From NCBI GenBank assembly GCA_963826085.1, contig CAWGVN010000002.1, forward strand, positions 1-64,000: 64,000 nucleotides of DNA, written 5' to 3'. This document shows positions 55,309 to 64,000 of this stretch, piece after piece. Each line of letters begins with the position of its first letter. Positions within the stretch are counted from its first letter, which is position 1. Source of the stretch: an uncultured delta proteobacterium. GTDB taxonomy: Bacteria; Myxococcota_A; Polyangia; Polyangiales; Polyangiaceae. The notes below the pieces were generated by a model that saw only the letters and a program-made list of their open reading frames with translations, was not told the DNA's origin and searched no databases. The position numbers and the translations under genes are program-made.

Positions 55309-56652
55309 GTGTCGCCCATGGTTCTCGATTCGCGACGCAACCGATCACCCGCAGACGAGCGCGAGCAGCGCATCGAACGGCAGCTGCTCGAACGCAACGT
55401 CGAGCTGGAAGTGATCAACGCGGTCTCCATCGCGGTGACCGAATCGCTCGAGCTCGAAACGATCCTCGAGCGGACGCTGGACGCGGTGTTGCGCGTGAGC
55501 GGGCTGGCGCCGTCCGGCGGCATCTTCCTGCTGGACGAGGAGCTGGGCGAGCTCCGGCTCGTAGCCCACCGCGGCCTGAAGCCGGACTTCGCCGAGCACG
55601 AACAGCGCGTGAAGGTGGGCGAGTGCCTGTGCGGTCTGGCCGCGGCGACCGGCGAGTTGATCGGCTCGCCCGATTCCTGCGCGGATCCGCGCCATACCCG
55701 CTGTCGCGATGGCTGCAGCCACTCGCACATCGTCGTGCCGCTCGCGGCGCACGAACGCGTGCGGGGCGTGATGTTCCTGTACCCGCCCGCCGGCCACGAG
55801 CTGGATACCAGTCAGCGTCGCCTGTTCTCGACGATCGGCCGGCAGATCGGCGTCGCGATCGAGCACGCGATCGTCTACCACAGCACCGGTGCGGAGCTCC
55901 GGCGCAAGGTGGTGGAGCTCGGCGCCGCGTTGCAGGAGGCGGAGCGCCATCGCACGCACGCCAGCGAGGTGCAGCGCCTCAAGGACGACTACGTCACGAT
56001 GGTCTCCCACGATCTGCGCACCCCGCTTTCGGGCATCCTGGCGCAGGCGGAGCTCGCCCGCCGCCGCGCCGAGCGCGCCGGAAACACTTCGTGCGCGGAA
56101 GCCGCCGAGGCAATCATCCGCGGCGGGCAGCGCATGAACTCGATGATTACCGACCTGGTCGAGTCCGCGCGGCTGGAGTCGGGCCAGGTGTCGCTCGACA
56201 TCGAGAGCGTCTCGGCGACGACCCTGGTCTCCGACGTGCTGGACATGCTTCCGGCCGTCGACCGCCAGCGCGTCGACCAGGACCTTCCGGAGGTGCTGCC
56301 CCTCGTGCGTGCCGATCGGGCGCGCATCGGCCGTGTGGTCACGAACCTGGTGACCAACGCGCTCAAGTACTCGCCCACCGAAGCGCGCGTGACGGTGCGG
56401 CTGAGCGGCGACGAACGCGAGGTGACCGTGAGCGTCGAGGATCGCGGCATCGGCATCGATCCCATCGCGCTACCCCGCGTGTTCGAGCGCTTCTATCGCG
56501 CGTGCGGCGTGACGGGTCCCGATGGTCTCGGGCTGGGTCTGTACATCACGCGACTTCTGGTCGAAGCGCACGGCGGAAGCATCGCGGCGGATAGCGTGAA
56601 GGGCGAGGGCTCGACGTTCCGGTTCACGCTGCCGGTTGCGGCAGCTCGCTAG
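55309..56652 (+). CDS. GAF-domain sensor histidine kinase
   Basis: The GAF-like region contains CxxC/CxxxC (ECLCGLAA...CADPRHTRCRDGC). H-box MVSHDLRTPLSGI. HATPase motifs N (VVTNLVTNALKYS), G1 (VEDRGIGI), G2 (GLGLGLYITRLLVEAHGG). No response regulator is adjacent. Confidence 0.8.
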   Translation: MSPMVLDSRRNRSPADEREQRIERQLLERNVELEVINAVSIAVTESLELETILERTLDAVLRVSGLAPSGGIFLLDEELGELRLVAHRGLKPDFAEHEQRVKVGECLCGLAAATGELIGSPDSCADPRHTRCRDGCSHSHIVVPLAAHERVRGVMFLYPPAGHELDTSQRRLFSTIGRQIGVAIEHAIVYHSTGAELRRKVVELGAALQEAERHRTHASEVQRLKDDYVTMVSHDLRTPLSGILAQAELARRRAERAGNTSCAEAAEAIIRGGQRMNSMITDLVESARLESGQVSLDIESVSATTLVSDVLDMLPAVDRQRVDQDLPEVLPLVRADRARIGRVVTNLVTNALKYSPTEARVTVRLSGDEREVTVSVEDRGIGIDPIALPRVFERFYRACGVTGPDGLGLGLYITRLLVEAHGGSIAADSVKGEGSTFRFTLPVAAAR

Positions 56653-56892
56653 GCCGCTCGACGCGCGCGATGCCGTAGTCATCCGGACAACGCCGTTCCA
56701 GGCACGGCACCACAATACGCTTCCACCACTCTTCGAGCAGCGAGTGGCGGCGGTCCAGCTGTACTTTTGCGGCGCCGCCGTTTCCTTGAAGTTCACGTGA
56801 CAATGCGGGAACGGAGGAGCATCCTCGCGCGTTGGCCACTGAAGGAGCGCTCGTGCGTTGCGCTCCCGGACCACCTTCCTTGGAGACTGCCG

Positions 56893-58110
56893 ATGAAGCG
56901 GAACGTTGGCGCGCTGTTCGCGGTCATGCTGCTGGGTGCGGGCTGCGGCGCGCAGAGCAGCGGTTCGCCGGGATCAGGTTCTGGCGGCGCGGGCGGCGGA
57001 AGCGCGACCGGCGGCAACGGAGCCGGCGGCAGCGCGGGCAGCGCGACCGGAGGGAGCTCGTCGGGCGGTAGCGCCGGCTCCGGAGGGGGCGCGGGTGGCA
57101 GCGGCACGGGCGGCACCGCGGCGACCGGCGGCGCGGCCGGAGCCCCCGCAGGCGGGGCGGGCGGCAGCACGTCGACGGGCGGAAGCGGCGGACAGGGAGG
57201 CTCGTCGAGCGGCGGAGCGCCCAGCAGCTCGAACCTGGACATCATCGTGGAGCCGAGCGACAAGGGCGCCGCGCTCACGCAGGCGATCAAGAACGCCAAG
57301 CAGTCGGTACACGTGACGATGTACCTCCTGACCGATACCGAGGACATCAACGCGCTCATCGCCCAGCACAAGGCCGGACACGACGTGCGCGTGGTGCTCA
57401 ACAAGAACTTCTACTCGGGGACCGGCAACGGGGCCGTCTACAACCAGTTGAAGAGCGCCGGCGTGCCCGTGCACTGGGCGCCTTCGGGATTCACCTACAC
57501 GCACGAGAAGTGCGTGATCATCGATGGCAAGGCGGCGTGGATCATGACCATGAACGCCACCTACGGCGCGCCGATCTACAACCGCGAGTATCTCGCCGTC
57601 GATCGCGATCCGGCCGACGTGAGCGAGGCGGATACCGTCTTCAAGGCGGACTATGCCGGTCAGGCGGCTACGGTGAGCGGCAAGCTCGTCGTCTCGCCGG
57701 TGAACTCGCGCAGCAAGCTCGACGCGCTGATCAACGGCGCGACCAAGCGCCTCGACATGGAGGCGGAGGAGCTCAGCGACTACGTCCTGGTCGGCGATCT
57801 GGCCAACGCTGCCGATCGCGGCGTGCAGGTGCACATCGTGCTGTCCGACTCGAGTCCCTCCGCCGCGCAGACCAAGTCCGTCGCGACGCTCAAGTCGCAC
57901 GGGGTGAAGCTCGTAACCCTGCACAATCCGTACGTGCACGCCAAGTCGCTGGTTGCGGACGGCAGCACGGCCTACGTCGGCTCGGAGAACTTCACGCAGA
58001 ACTCGCTCATGTACAACCGCGAGCTCGGAATCATCTTCAATAGCGCCACCCAGGTCAGCAAGGTCCTCACCACGACGAACAAGGACTTCGCAAACGGGAC
58101 GGCACTGTAG
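56893..58110 (+). CDS. phospholipase D-like (two HKD motifs) lipoprotein
   Basis: Lipobox (LLGAGCG) plus a GS-rich linker. HKD motifs HEKCVIIDGKAAWIMTMN and HAKSLVADGSTAYVGSENF. Confidence 0.75.
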   Translation: MKRNVGALFAVMLLGAGCGAQSSGSPGSGSGGAGGGSATGGNGAGGSAGSATGGSSSGGSAGSGGGAGGSGTGGTAATGGAAGAPAGGAGGSTSTGGSGGQGGSSSGGAPSSSNLDIIVEPSDKGAALTQAIKNAKQSVHVTMYLLTDTEDINALIAQHKAGHDVRVVLNKNFYSGTGNGAVYNQLKSAGVPVHWAPSGFTYTHEKCVIIDGKAAWIMTMNATYGAPIYNREYLAVDRDPADVSEADTVFKADYAGQAATVSGKLVVSPVNSRSKLDALINGATKRLDMEAEELSDYVLVGDLANAADRGVQVHIVLSDSSPSAAQTKSVATLKSHGVKLVTLHNPYVHAKSLVADGSTAYVGSENFTQNSLMYNRELGIIFNSATQVSKVLTTTNKDFANGTAL

Positions 58111-58232
58111 CCGGGGGCTCGCGGGCGTACGTGGACCGCGAGCGGAACATTGCGCTCACGGCGGTGGGAAAGCGTTGCGGGCGGGCAATTGCCGGGAGCA
58201 TTTCCCGATCCAGAGGGATAGGATTCTCCACC

Positions 58233-59361
58233 ATGCGTGGCTTGGGGCTTGTTTCCGGATTGCTTGCCTGCAGTGTGCTCATGGCGGGATGCGCGGCGGA
58301 GCGGGACGGGACTCCGTCCGACGGTCTCGGCTCCACCGGGCAGGCAGTGAAAGTGTGCGCGGCGGGCCCGACGACCAAGGGCATCGACGTGTCGCACTGG
58401 CAGGGCACCATCGACTGGCAGCAGGTCAAGGGCGACGGTATCCAGTTCGCATTCGCGAAGGCGACCCAGGACACGACCTTCATCGATCCCGAGTTCGCGA
58501 ACAACTGGGCGGGCATGAAGCAGGCAGGCATCCTGCGCGGCGCGTATCACTTCTTTAGCGCGAGCGTGGACGGAACGGCGCAGGCGGATCACTTCGTGCA
58601 GGTGATGGGTCCGCTGGCGGACGGCGACCTGCCGCCGGTGCTCGATCTCGAGACGTTCCGACGGTCAGTCGGCGGCGACGGTGATCCAGCGCGCGAAGGA
58701 TTTCATGGCGGAAGTCCAGAAGCTGACGGGACGCACCCCGGCGCTATATTCCGGGGGTTTCTTCAAGGGAACGCTCGGCAACCCGTCCGGCTTCTCGCAA
58801 TACTACCTCTGGGATGCGAACTGGGGCGTGAGCTGCCCCAACATCCCCGACGCCGGCTGGAGCACGTGGACCTTCTGGCAGTACACCGATAGCTCGAGCG
58901 TGGCAGGCATCGGCAACGGCAACACCGCCGCTGTGGACGCCGACGAGTTCAACGGCACGCTCCAGGATCTCGTCAAGCTCACCTCTCCGGGCACTGGAGG
59001 CAGCGGCGGCACCGGAGGCGCGGGCGGTGCCGGAGGAGCGGCAGGTTCTGCTGGAGCTGCAGGCACGGCGGGTAGCGGCGGCTCCGTGGACGGCGGCGTC
59101 GGTGGAACCGGCGGCATCTCGACCGGCGGCAGCGCCGGCGCGAGCTATGACGCAGGCATGGGCGGAGCGGGCCCCACCACCGACGACGGCGGGCTCGGCG
59201 CGAAGCCGCCGCCGTATCCCGCGTGGTTCGACTCGAGCTGCGCGCTGGCGGACTCGCCGGCAGGTGAGGGGAGCGGCTGGCTCGTCTTCGCCACGTTGGG
59301 CATCGTGGCTGTCGCGCGGCGGCGCCGGCGCGCGCCGCGCGGATGCGCCGCCGAGCGCTAG
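58233..59361 (+). pseudogene. GH25-family lysozyme lipoprotein with MYXO-CTERM-like tail; apparent frameshift near 58660
   Basis: Frame A: lipobox plus GIDVSHWQGTIDWQQVKGDGIQFAFAKATQDTTFIDPEFANNW...PPVLDLE (GH25 catalytic N-terminus). Frame C continues DGQSAATVIQRAKDFMAEVQKLTGRTPALYSG...WTFWQYTDSSSVAGIGN. The tail ends CALADSPAGEGSGWLVFATLGIVAVARRRRRA. Confidence 0.6.
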
Positions 59362-59772
59362 TACTGCTCGAGGCCGACCAGGGAACGGCGTGCGAGCCGC
59401 CGTGCCCAGGCGAGGGTGCGCGCCACATCGAGGAGGGAGGCTGCGACCCGACGCATCATGCTGCGGCGCGCGATGGGTGCAGATGTTTGCATGCTGCTCG
59501 AGGGTGCATGGGGCGTGCCACGCATTGACGCCTGACAAGACCGGCGGAAATCAGCCCCGTGCGCCCGCGTAGGCCCGCGCGCGTGTGGGGATGGCACGCA
59601 CAGTGCAAACCAGTTGTGGCATGTCGAACAAGGCGTGCGCGGTGGAAGCGGACCGCTCCCGCGCGCGCGGTATCTGCGCGAACCTGGGCAAGTGCGGTTC
59701 CCCGTCCGGCGCAGAGCTGGCGCGCTCCGGGAGCGCGCCCGCAAGGCTTGCACGATCCGCGTGGAAACCGCG

Positions 59773-61275
59773 ATGACGGCGCCCATCCCTGTCCCGAAAA
59801 CGAGCGGTCGCGGCCGGCTCGGTCGCTACGACGCGATTGTCGTCGGCAGCGGGGTGGGGGGATCGGTCACCGCAGCGCTGTTGGCGGCGCGGGGCTTTTC
59901 CGTTCTCGTGGTCGAGAAGAACCCGGTGCTGGGCGGCATCCTGGCTTCCACGCGCCGCGACGGTTTCAAGCTGGACGTGGGCAGCCACCTGATCTCGCGC
60001 GGCGAGCGCGGCCCGCTTGGAGAGGTGCTGCGCTCGCTCGGGCTCGACCAACCGCGCTTCATCACGCATCCCATTCCCGTGCGCTCGCGCGGCATGTTCG
60101 AGCTCGCGGCGCCGGAGCGCCGCCGGCAGCTGCCCGCGTACGCGCTGGAGGCGGCGCGGCGCCTCTCCCTGCCGGCCCGCGAGACCATGGCGCTGGGGCG
60201 AATGCTGTTCCAGGTGTTCACGCTGACCGAATTCGAGCTGAGGCGCTGGGATCGCCGCACGCTGGACGAGTTCATCCGCCAGCACAGCGAACACCCGGGC
60301 GCGTACTTCCTGTTCAGCTTCCTGGCGAGCATCTTCTTCGTCCTGCCGCCGTGGAAGGTGTCGGCCGGCGAGGCGATCCGCTGTCTGCGTTCGGTGATCT
60401 CCGCCTACTCCCTGTCGTACGTGGAGGGCGGGATGGACAGCATTCCGCACGCCCTGCTCGGTCTGGTCGGGCCCGCGGGTGGCGATCTGGTCGTGGGACG
60501 TCAGGTCACTGCCATCCGCCAGAACCACTGTGGTCTGCAGGTGGTGACCGACGATGGAGCCGAGTACCGCTCGCCGGTCGTGGTCTGCAACATGGCAGCG
60601 GCCGACGTAGTGGCGCTGTGTGACGGTCTCGACATACCCCCGGAATATGCCGCGCGCGTGGCGGCCATCGAGGGGTCGGGCAATGCCCACCAGCTCAAGC
60701 TCGCCCTGCGCCGCCCGCTGATCGAGGAAGGATGCCTCATCGGCGGCGTGTCGCTGGAGGGCAGGACGCTGGACGACCTGAGCCTGGAGTTGATGCAGAA
60801 CACCGTCGGCGCCATCGACGAGGGGCGCGTGTCCGATCCGCTCGCCATCTACGCCCCGGTGCCGACCAACTACGATCCGTCACTGGCGCCGGAGGGCGCG
60901 CAGCTGGTGGTGGCCAGCATCTACGGGCCGGTGAACCCAGATCCCGCCGACCCGCCAGAAAAGTGGCGCGAGCGGGCGCTCCAGGCTTTCGCGAGCATCG
61001 TGCCGCATCTGTACGACGAGCTCTTGTTCGTCGAGTTCGAGCCGGTGCCGGCGATCGGCGCGTGGATGGGCAAGCACAACCGCGCCGCGATCACCAACGG
61101 CCAGCTCCCCGGACAGGTCGGGCGTGATCGGTTGCCTGTGACGACGCCGATGCCCGGTCTGTACCTGTGCGGCGATGGCGCGGGCGGACGCGGCATCGGC
61201 ACGGAGCTGGCCGCGTCGTCAGCCGTGGAAGCGGTGCAGGCCATCCTCTCGCACGCCAGGTCGGAGGCGGCATGA
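59773..61275 (+). CDS. phytoene-desaturase (CrtI) family FAD-dependent oxidoreductase
   Basis: YDAIVVGSGVGGSVTAALLAARGFSVLVVEKNPVLGGILASTRRDGFKLDVGSHLI is the CrtI-type dinucleotide-binding N-terminus. C-terminal ...LYLCGDGAGGRGIGTELAASSAVEAV. Confidence 0.7.
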   Translation: MTAPIPVPKTSGRGRLGRYDAIVVGSGVGGSVTAALLAARGFSVLVVEKNPVLGGILASTRRDGFKLDVGSHLISRGERGPLGEVLRSLGLDQPRFITHPIPVRSRGMFELAAPERRRQLPAYALEAARRLSLPARETMALGRMLFQVFTLTEFELRRWDRRTLDEFIRQHSEHPGAYFLFSFLASIFFVLPPWKVSAGEAIRCLRSVISAYSLSYVEGGMDSIPHALLGLVGPAGGDLVVGRQVTAIRQNHCGLQVVTDDGAEYRSPVVVCNMAAADVVALCDGLDIPPEYAARVAAIEGSGNAHQLKLALRRPLIEEGCLIGGVSLEGRTLDDLSLELMQNTVGAIDEGRVSDPLAIYAPVPTNYDPSLAPEGAQLVVASIYGPVNPDPADPPEKWRERALQAFASIVPHLYDELLFVEFEPVPAIGAWMGKHNRAAITNGQLPGQVGRDRLPVTTPMPGLYLCGDGAGGRGIGTELAASSAVEAVQAILSHARSEAA

Positions 61276-61940
61276 ACGACCTGATCGCTTCTGTCGTGTG
61301 GCTGCTGGTGCTCGCGGGCGGCGTCGGCTGCTGCCTGCTTCTGCATCAGCTCGGGCTTCGGGCGACCTATGTGCGCGATCTGCTCCATGTTGGAACCGGC
61401 GTGTGGGTGCTGGGCTGGCCCTGGTGGCGCGGAGTCGCCGCGCCGGCATTGATCCTGGGCTTCGCGCTGGCCGTGACGGCGGCGCTGCCGCTGCTGGCGC
61501 GGCGCAGCAGCTGGGCCGCGCTTGTCGTCGGCAGCTTCGCGAGCGGTGACGAGCGCTGGACCGGCCTGACGCTGTACGTGGTCGCGTACGCCGCGCTCAC
61601 CTGCGCGGGCCTGGCCGACCGCGCGTTCGCCGCGGCTGCTGCCCTGCTCGCTCTGTCGCTCGGCGACGGCATCGGCGGCGCTGTGGGCCGCCGTTTCGGC
61701 GCACATCGTTACCGCGCGCCCGGCGGCAAGGAAAAGACACTGGAAGGCTCGCTGGCGGTGGCGCTGGCCGCGGCGGCCGGTGTCGCGATCGCAGCCTGGC
61801 GCTTCGGCGCGCACCCAGGCGCGTCGGGCATCGTCGGGCTCGGACTCGTCGCCGCGGTTGCGGAAGCGCTCGCTCCTCGCGGCAGCGACAACGTGATCGT
61901 GCCGGCGGCCGTGTGGGGCGCGGCCAGATTGTTCACATAG
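61272..61940 (+). CDS. CTP-transferase-1 family membrane protein, polyprenol/phytol/dolichol-kinase-like
   Basis: The start overlaps the upstream stop (ATGA). There are 6 to 7 TM helices. Motif ...SLGDGIGGAVGRRFGAHRYRAPGGKEKTLEGSLAVAL matches the GDGxAxxVGRRFG...K(S/T)xEGS signature shared by phytol kinase, dolichol kinase and CdsA. Confidence 0.55.
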   Translation: MNDLIASVVWLLVLAGGVGCCLLLHQLGLRATYVRDLLHVGTGVWVLGWPWWRGVAAPALILGFALAVTAALPLLARRSSWAALVVGSFASGDERWTGLTLYVVAYAALTCAGLADRAFAAAAALLALSLGDGIGGAVGRRFGAHRYRAPGGKEKTLEGSLAVALAAAAGVAIAAWRFGAHPGASGIVGLGLVAAVAEALAPRGSDNVIVPAAVWGAARLFT

Positions 61941-61949
61941 GAGAGACAG

Positions 61950-62903
61950 ATGGCACACGCAGTGCATCCGGGGACGGCGCCGCACGATCGCGAGCGACAC
62001 GGTAACATCGCACAGGGGATCTGGCGCGTCGCGGATCCGAAGATCACCCTGGCATCGGTCGCGTCGATGATCCTCGGCGCGGCGATCGCGGCGTGGCAGG
62101 GGCCCATTGCCTGGGGCTGGCTCGCGCTGACCGTGCTGGGCGTCTTCTTCTTCGAGGCCGCGAAGAACGCGTCCGGCGAGATCTTCGACTGGGACTCCGG
62201 CACGGACCAGGCCCTCGCCGAGAACGAGCGGACGCCATTTTCCGGCGGCAAGCGCGTGATCGTCGACGGGCTGATGACGCGCCGCCAGGCGGCGTGGATG
62301 GCGGCTGTGTTCTACGCACTGGGCATCGCGGCGGGGCTGGCGATCGTCGCCCTGCGCGAGCCGCGCGTGCTGTGGCTCGGCATGCTGGGCGCCGGGCTCG
62401 CCTTCTTCTACCACGCGCCGCCGTTCAAGCTCTCCTACCGCGGGCTCGGCGAGACGGCCGTGGCGCTGGCGTACGGACCGGTGATCGCGTGCGGCACGTA
62501 CCTGGTGCAGCGCCACGGCGTGTCGCTGGAGGTGCTGGTCGCGTCGCTGCCGCTCGGCGTGGCGATCATGGCGTTTCTCTGGATCAACGAGTTCCCCGAC
62601 GCGCGCGCGGACGAGCTGGCGGGCAAGCGCACGCTGGTGGTGCGGCTCGGGCGCCCTCGCGCGGCGCGCGCGTTCTCGCTGCTCGTGGCTGTGACCTACG
62701 CGGGGCTCTTGGCGCTTCCGCTCGTCGGATTGCCGCTCGGGATCTGGGGCGGCTTCATCGGGTTGCCCTTCGCGGCACGTGCGGCGCGCAGGCTGATGCG
62801 CTTCCCGGAGACACCGGCGGAGCTGGTGCCGGCGCAGGGTCTGACGCTGCTGTCGTTCGTGCTGCTCGCGGTCGGGGCGGCGCTGGGGATGTGGCTTGGC
62901 TGA
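61950..62903 (+). CDS. UbiA-family aromatic/polyprenyl prenyltransferase
   Basis: 8 to 9 TM helices. Asp-rich motifs NASGEIFDWDSGTDQ and NEFPDARADELAGKRTLVVRLG (second DxxxD region) are typical of the UbiA superfamily. Confidence 0.75.
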   Translation: MAHAVHPGTAPHDRERHGNIAQGIWRVADPKITLASVASMILGAAIAAWQGPIAWGWLALTVLGVFFFEAAKNASGEIFDWDSGTDQALAENERTPFSGGKRVIVDGLMTRRQAAWMAAVFYALGIAAGLAIVALREPRVLWLGMLGAGLAFFYHAPPFKLSYRGLGETAVALAYGPVIACGTYLVQRHGVSLEVLVASLPLGVAIMAFLWINEFPDARADELAGKRTLVVRLGRPRAARAFSLLVAVTYAGLLALPLVGLPLGIWGGFIGLPFAARAARRLMRFPETPAELVPAQGLTLLSFVLLAVGAALGMWLG

Positions 62904-63834
62904 GGGCGTACAGAGGCGCCTGCACTTCGTGCTCGGCAAGGGCGGCGTCGGAAAATCGACGCTCGCTGCCGCGCTGGCGCTCGCCGCGAAGCGCCGCGGC
63001 GCGGAGGTGCTCGCGATCGAGCTCGGCGCGCCGGGCGGCTTGTCGCGCGCGCTCGGCGCGGAGCCGGCCCAGCCCGGAGCGATTGTCACGGCGCCGTCGG
63101 GCGTGGCGCTGAGCTGGTTCGACGGCGGGGCGGCGCTGTCCGAGTACCTCGGGCGCGTGGTGCGGCTCGGCCCGCTGCTCGACAAGGTCTTCGCCCATCC
63201 GCTCTACCGCGCGTTCGTCGACGCAGCCCCGGGCCTGAAGGAGCTGATGGCGATGGGCAAGGTGCGCGACGAGTACTCGCTGCACAAGGAGCACGGCCAG
63301 CCGCACTGGGACGTGGTGGTGGTCGACGCGGGCGCTTCGGGTCACGCCATCGAGCACCTGCGCATGCCGGCCGCCGCGGCGGAGACGTTCCACTCCGGGC
63401 GCGTGCATCGCGAGTCGCGCCGCGTCCATGCCCTGTTCGGCGATCCGGCAGAGACGTCGATCTGGGTGGTGGCGACGCCGGAGGAGATGCCGCTCGCCGA
63501 GGCGGCGGAGAGCGTGGCGAAGCTCGGCGACGCGGGGCTCGGCGTGACGCACGTCGTGGTCAATCGCTGCCGGCCGATCGCACCGGACGGCGTAGAGACT
63601 GTGCTCGCCACGATCGAAGCGCTGTCCGTAGCGGATGCCGCGCGACGCGCGGCCCGCGACGGGCTGGTCGTGTCGGCGCGGCGGGCGCTCGGCTGGCAGC
63701 AGATCCAGGAACGCGGCATCGCCGCCCTGGTCGAGCAGACAGGAGCGCGGCCGCTCAGGCTGCCCATCCTGCGGGAGGTGCACGCGCCGGAGCTGGCGGA
63801 GCTCGGCGAGATCCTCTGGGGGGCCGAAGCATGA
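62896..63834 (+). CDS. ArsA/GET3-family P-loop ATPase
   Basis: The start overlaps the UbiA stop. Deviant Walker A FVLGKGGVGKSTLAAALALAAKRRGAEVLAIEL. Switch regions DVVVVDAGASGHAIEHLRMP and ...IWVVATPEEMPLAEA. Confidence 0.7.
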   Translation: MAEGVQRRLHFVLGKGGVGKSTLAAALALAAKRRGAEVLAIELGAPGGLSRALGAEPAQPGAIVTAPSGVALSWFDGGAALSEYLGRVVRLGPLLDKVFAHPLYRAFVDAAPGLKELMAMGKVRDEYSLHKEHGQPHWDVVVVDAGASGHAIEHLRMPAAAAETFHSGRVHRESRRVHALFGDPAETSIWVVATPEEMPLAEAAESVAKLGDAGLGVTHVVVNRCRPIAPDGVETVLATIEALSVADAARRAARDGLVVSARRALGWQQIQERGIAALVEQTGARPLRLPILREVHAPELAELGEILWGAEA

Positions 63835-64000
63835 GCCTGGGCGCGCTGCTCGAGCAACACCGGCTCGTGGTGTGCGTCGGCACCGGCGGCGTCGGCAAGA
63901 CCACGCTCTCCGCCGCGCTGGCGCTGGGCGGCGCGCTTTCAGGGCGGCGCGCGATGGTGCTCACGATCGATCCGGCGCGGGCTCTTGCGCGCGCGCTCGG
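63831..64000 (+). CDS. second ArsA/GET3-family P-loop ATPase (5' part; continues beyond window)
   Basis: ATGA overlap with the previous gene. VVCVGTGGVGKTTLSAALALGGALSGRRAMVLTIDPARAL is the same deviant Walker A. Confidence 0.6.
   Translation, partial: MSLGALLEQHRLVVCVGTGGVGKTTLSAALALGGALSGRRAMVLTIDPARALARAL

Overview
This is a high-GC (about 70%) chromosomal segment that looks like a myxobacterium (Myxococcota). The evidence is many lipoproteins with L-x-x-C lipoboxes, TPR, FG-GAP and PEGA proteins, and a MYXO-CTERM-like tail (Cys, hydrophobic helix, RRRRR) on a GH25 lysozyme. The ORF track uses ATG, GTG and TTG starts, so many listed 'M' starts are really GTG or TTG.

Positions 1 to about 9.4 kb look like a degraded genomic island abutting a tRNA-Pro(GGG) gene. 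It carries an Rhs/YD-repeat gene split by an IS3-family insertion sequence, an Rhs C-terminal toxin module with an ATGA-coupled small downstream ORF (putative immunity protein), a DUF559 endonuclease-like gene, a ParD/ParE-type toxin-antitoxin pair, a frameshifted transposase remnant and a tyrosine-integrase C-terminal remnant.

The rest is core-like chromosome:
- Housekeeping and regulation: PP2C phosphatase fused to a cNMP-binding domain, tsaB, a Crp/Fnr regulator, a TPR lipoprotein, a RodZ-like protein, recO, an OmpA-family protein, a GreA/GreB-family factor, an SDR, an HNH endonuclease, an RRM protein, an ALDH/DUF779/SDR group and a GAF histidine kinase.
- A large FG-GAP lipoprotein translationally coupled to a PEGA protein.
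- A DUF692/DUF2063 (MbnBC/HvfBC-like) peptide-modification cluster with two paralogous Cys-motif lipoprotein precursors, plus a nearby DoxX protein and an HExxH peptidase.
- GH43 and SPFH proteins, a block of hypothetical lipoproteins, and a WD40+RCC1 lipoprotein followed by an octaheme c-type cytochrome and a membrane protein.
- A PLD-like lipoprotein and a frameshifted GH25 lysozyme.
- A five-gene translationally coupled operon: CrtI-family oxidoreductase, polyprenol/phytol-kinase-like CTP-transferase-family protein, UbiA prenyltransferase and two ArsA/GET3-family ATPases.

No rRNA and no CRISPR array were seen. Non-coding oddities are a tRNA-Val(GAC)-like locus in which a T-arm plus 3' acceptor segment sits immediately 5' of a 5' half (permuted or rearranged), a second orphan tRNA 3'-end-like fragment about 400 bp away, and two copies of a conserved hairpin motif in a 0.9 kb intergenic region.

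All calls come from reading the sequence and translations; no database searches were run. Gene coordinates follow the ORF track, and internal starts were recomputed by hand and may be off by a codon or two. Hand counting of the printed sequence disagreed with the track by one base at some loci.
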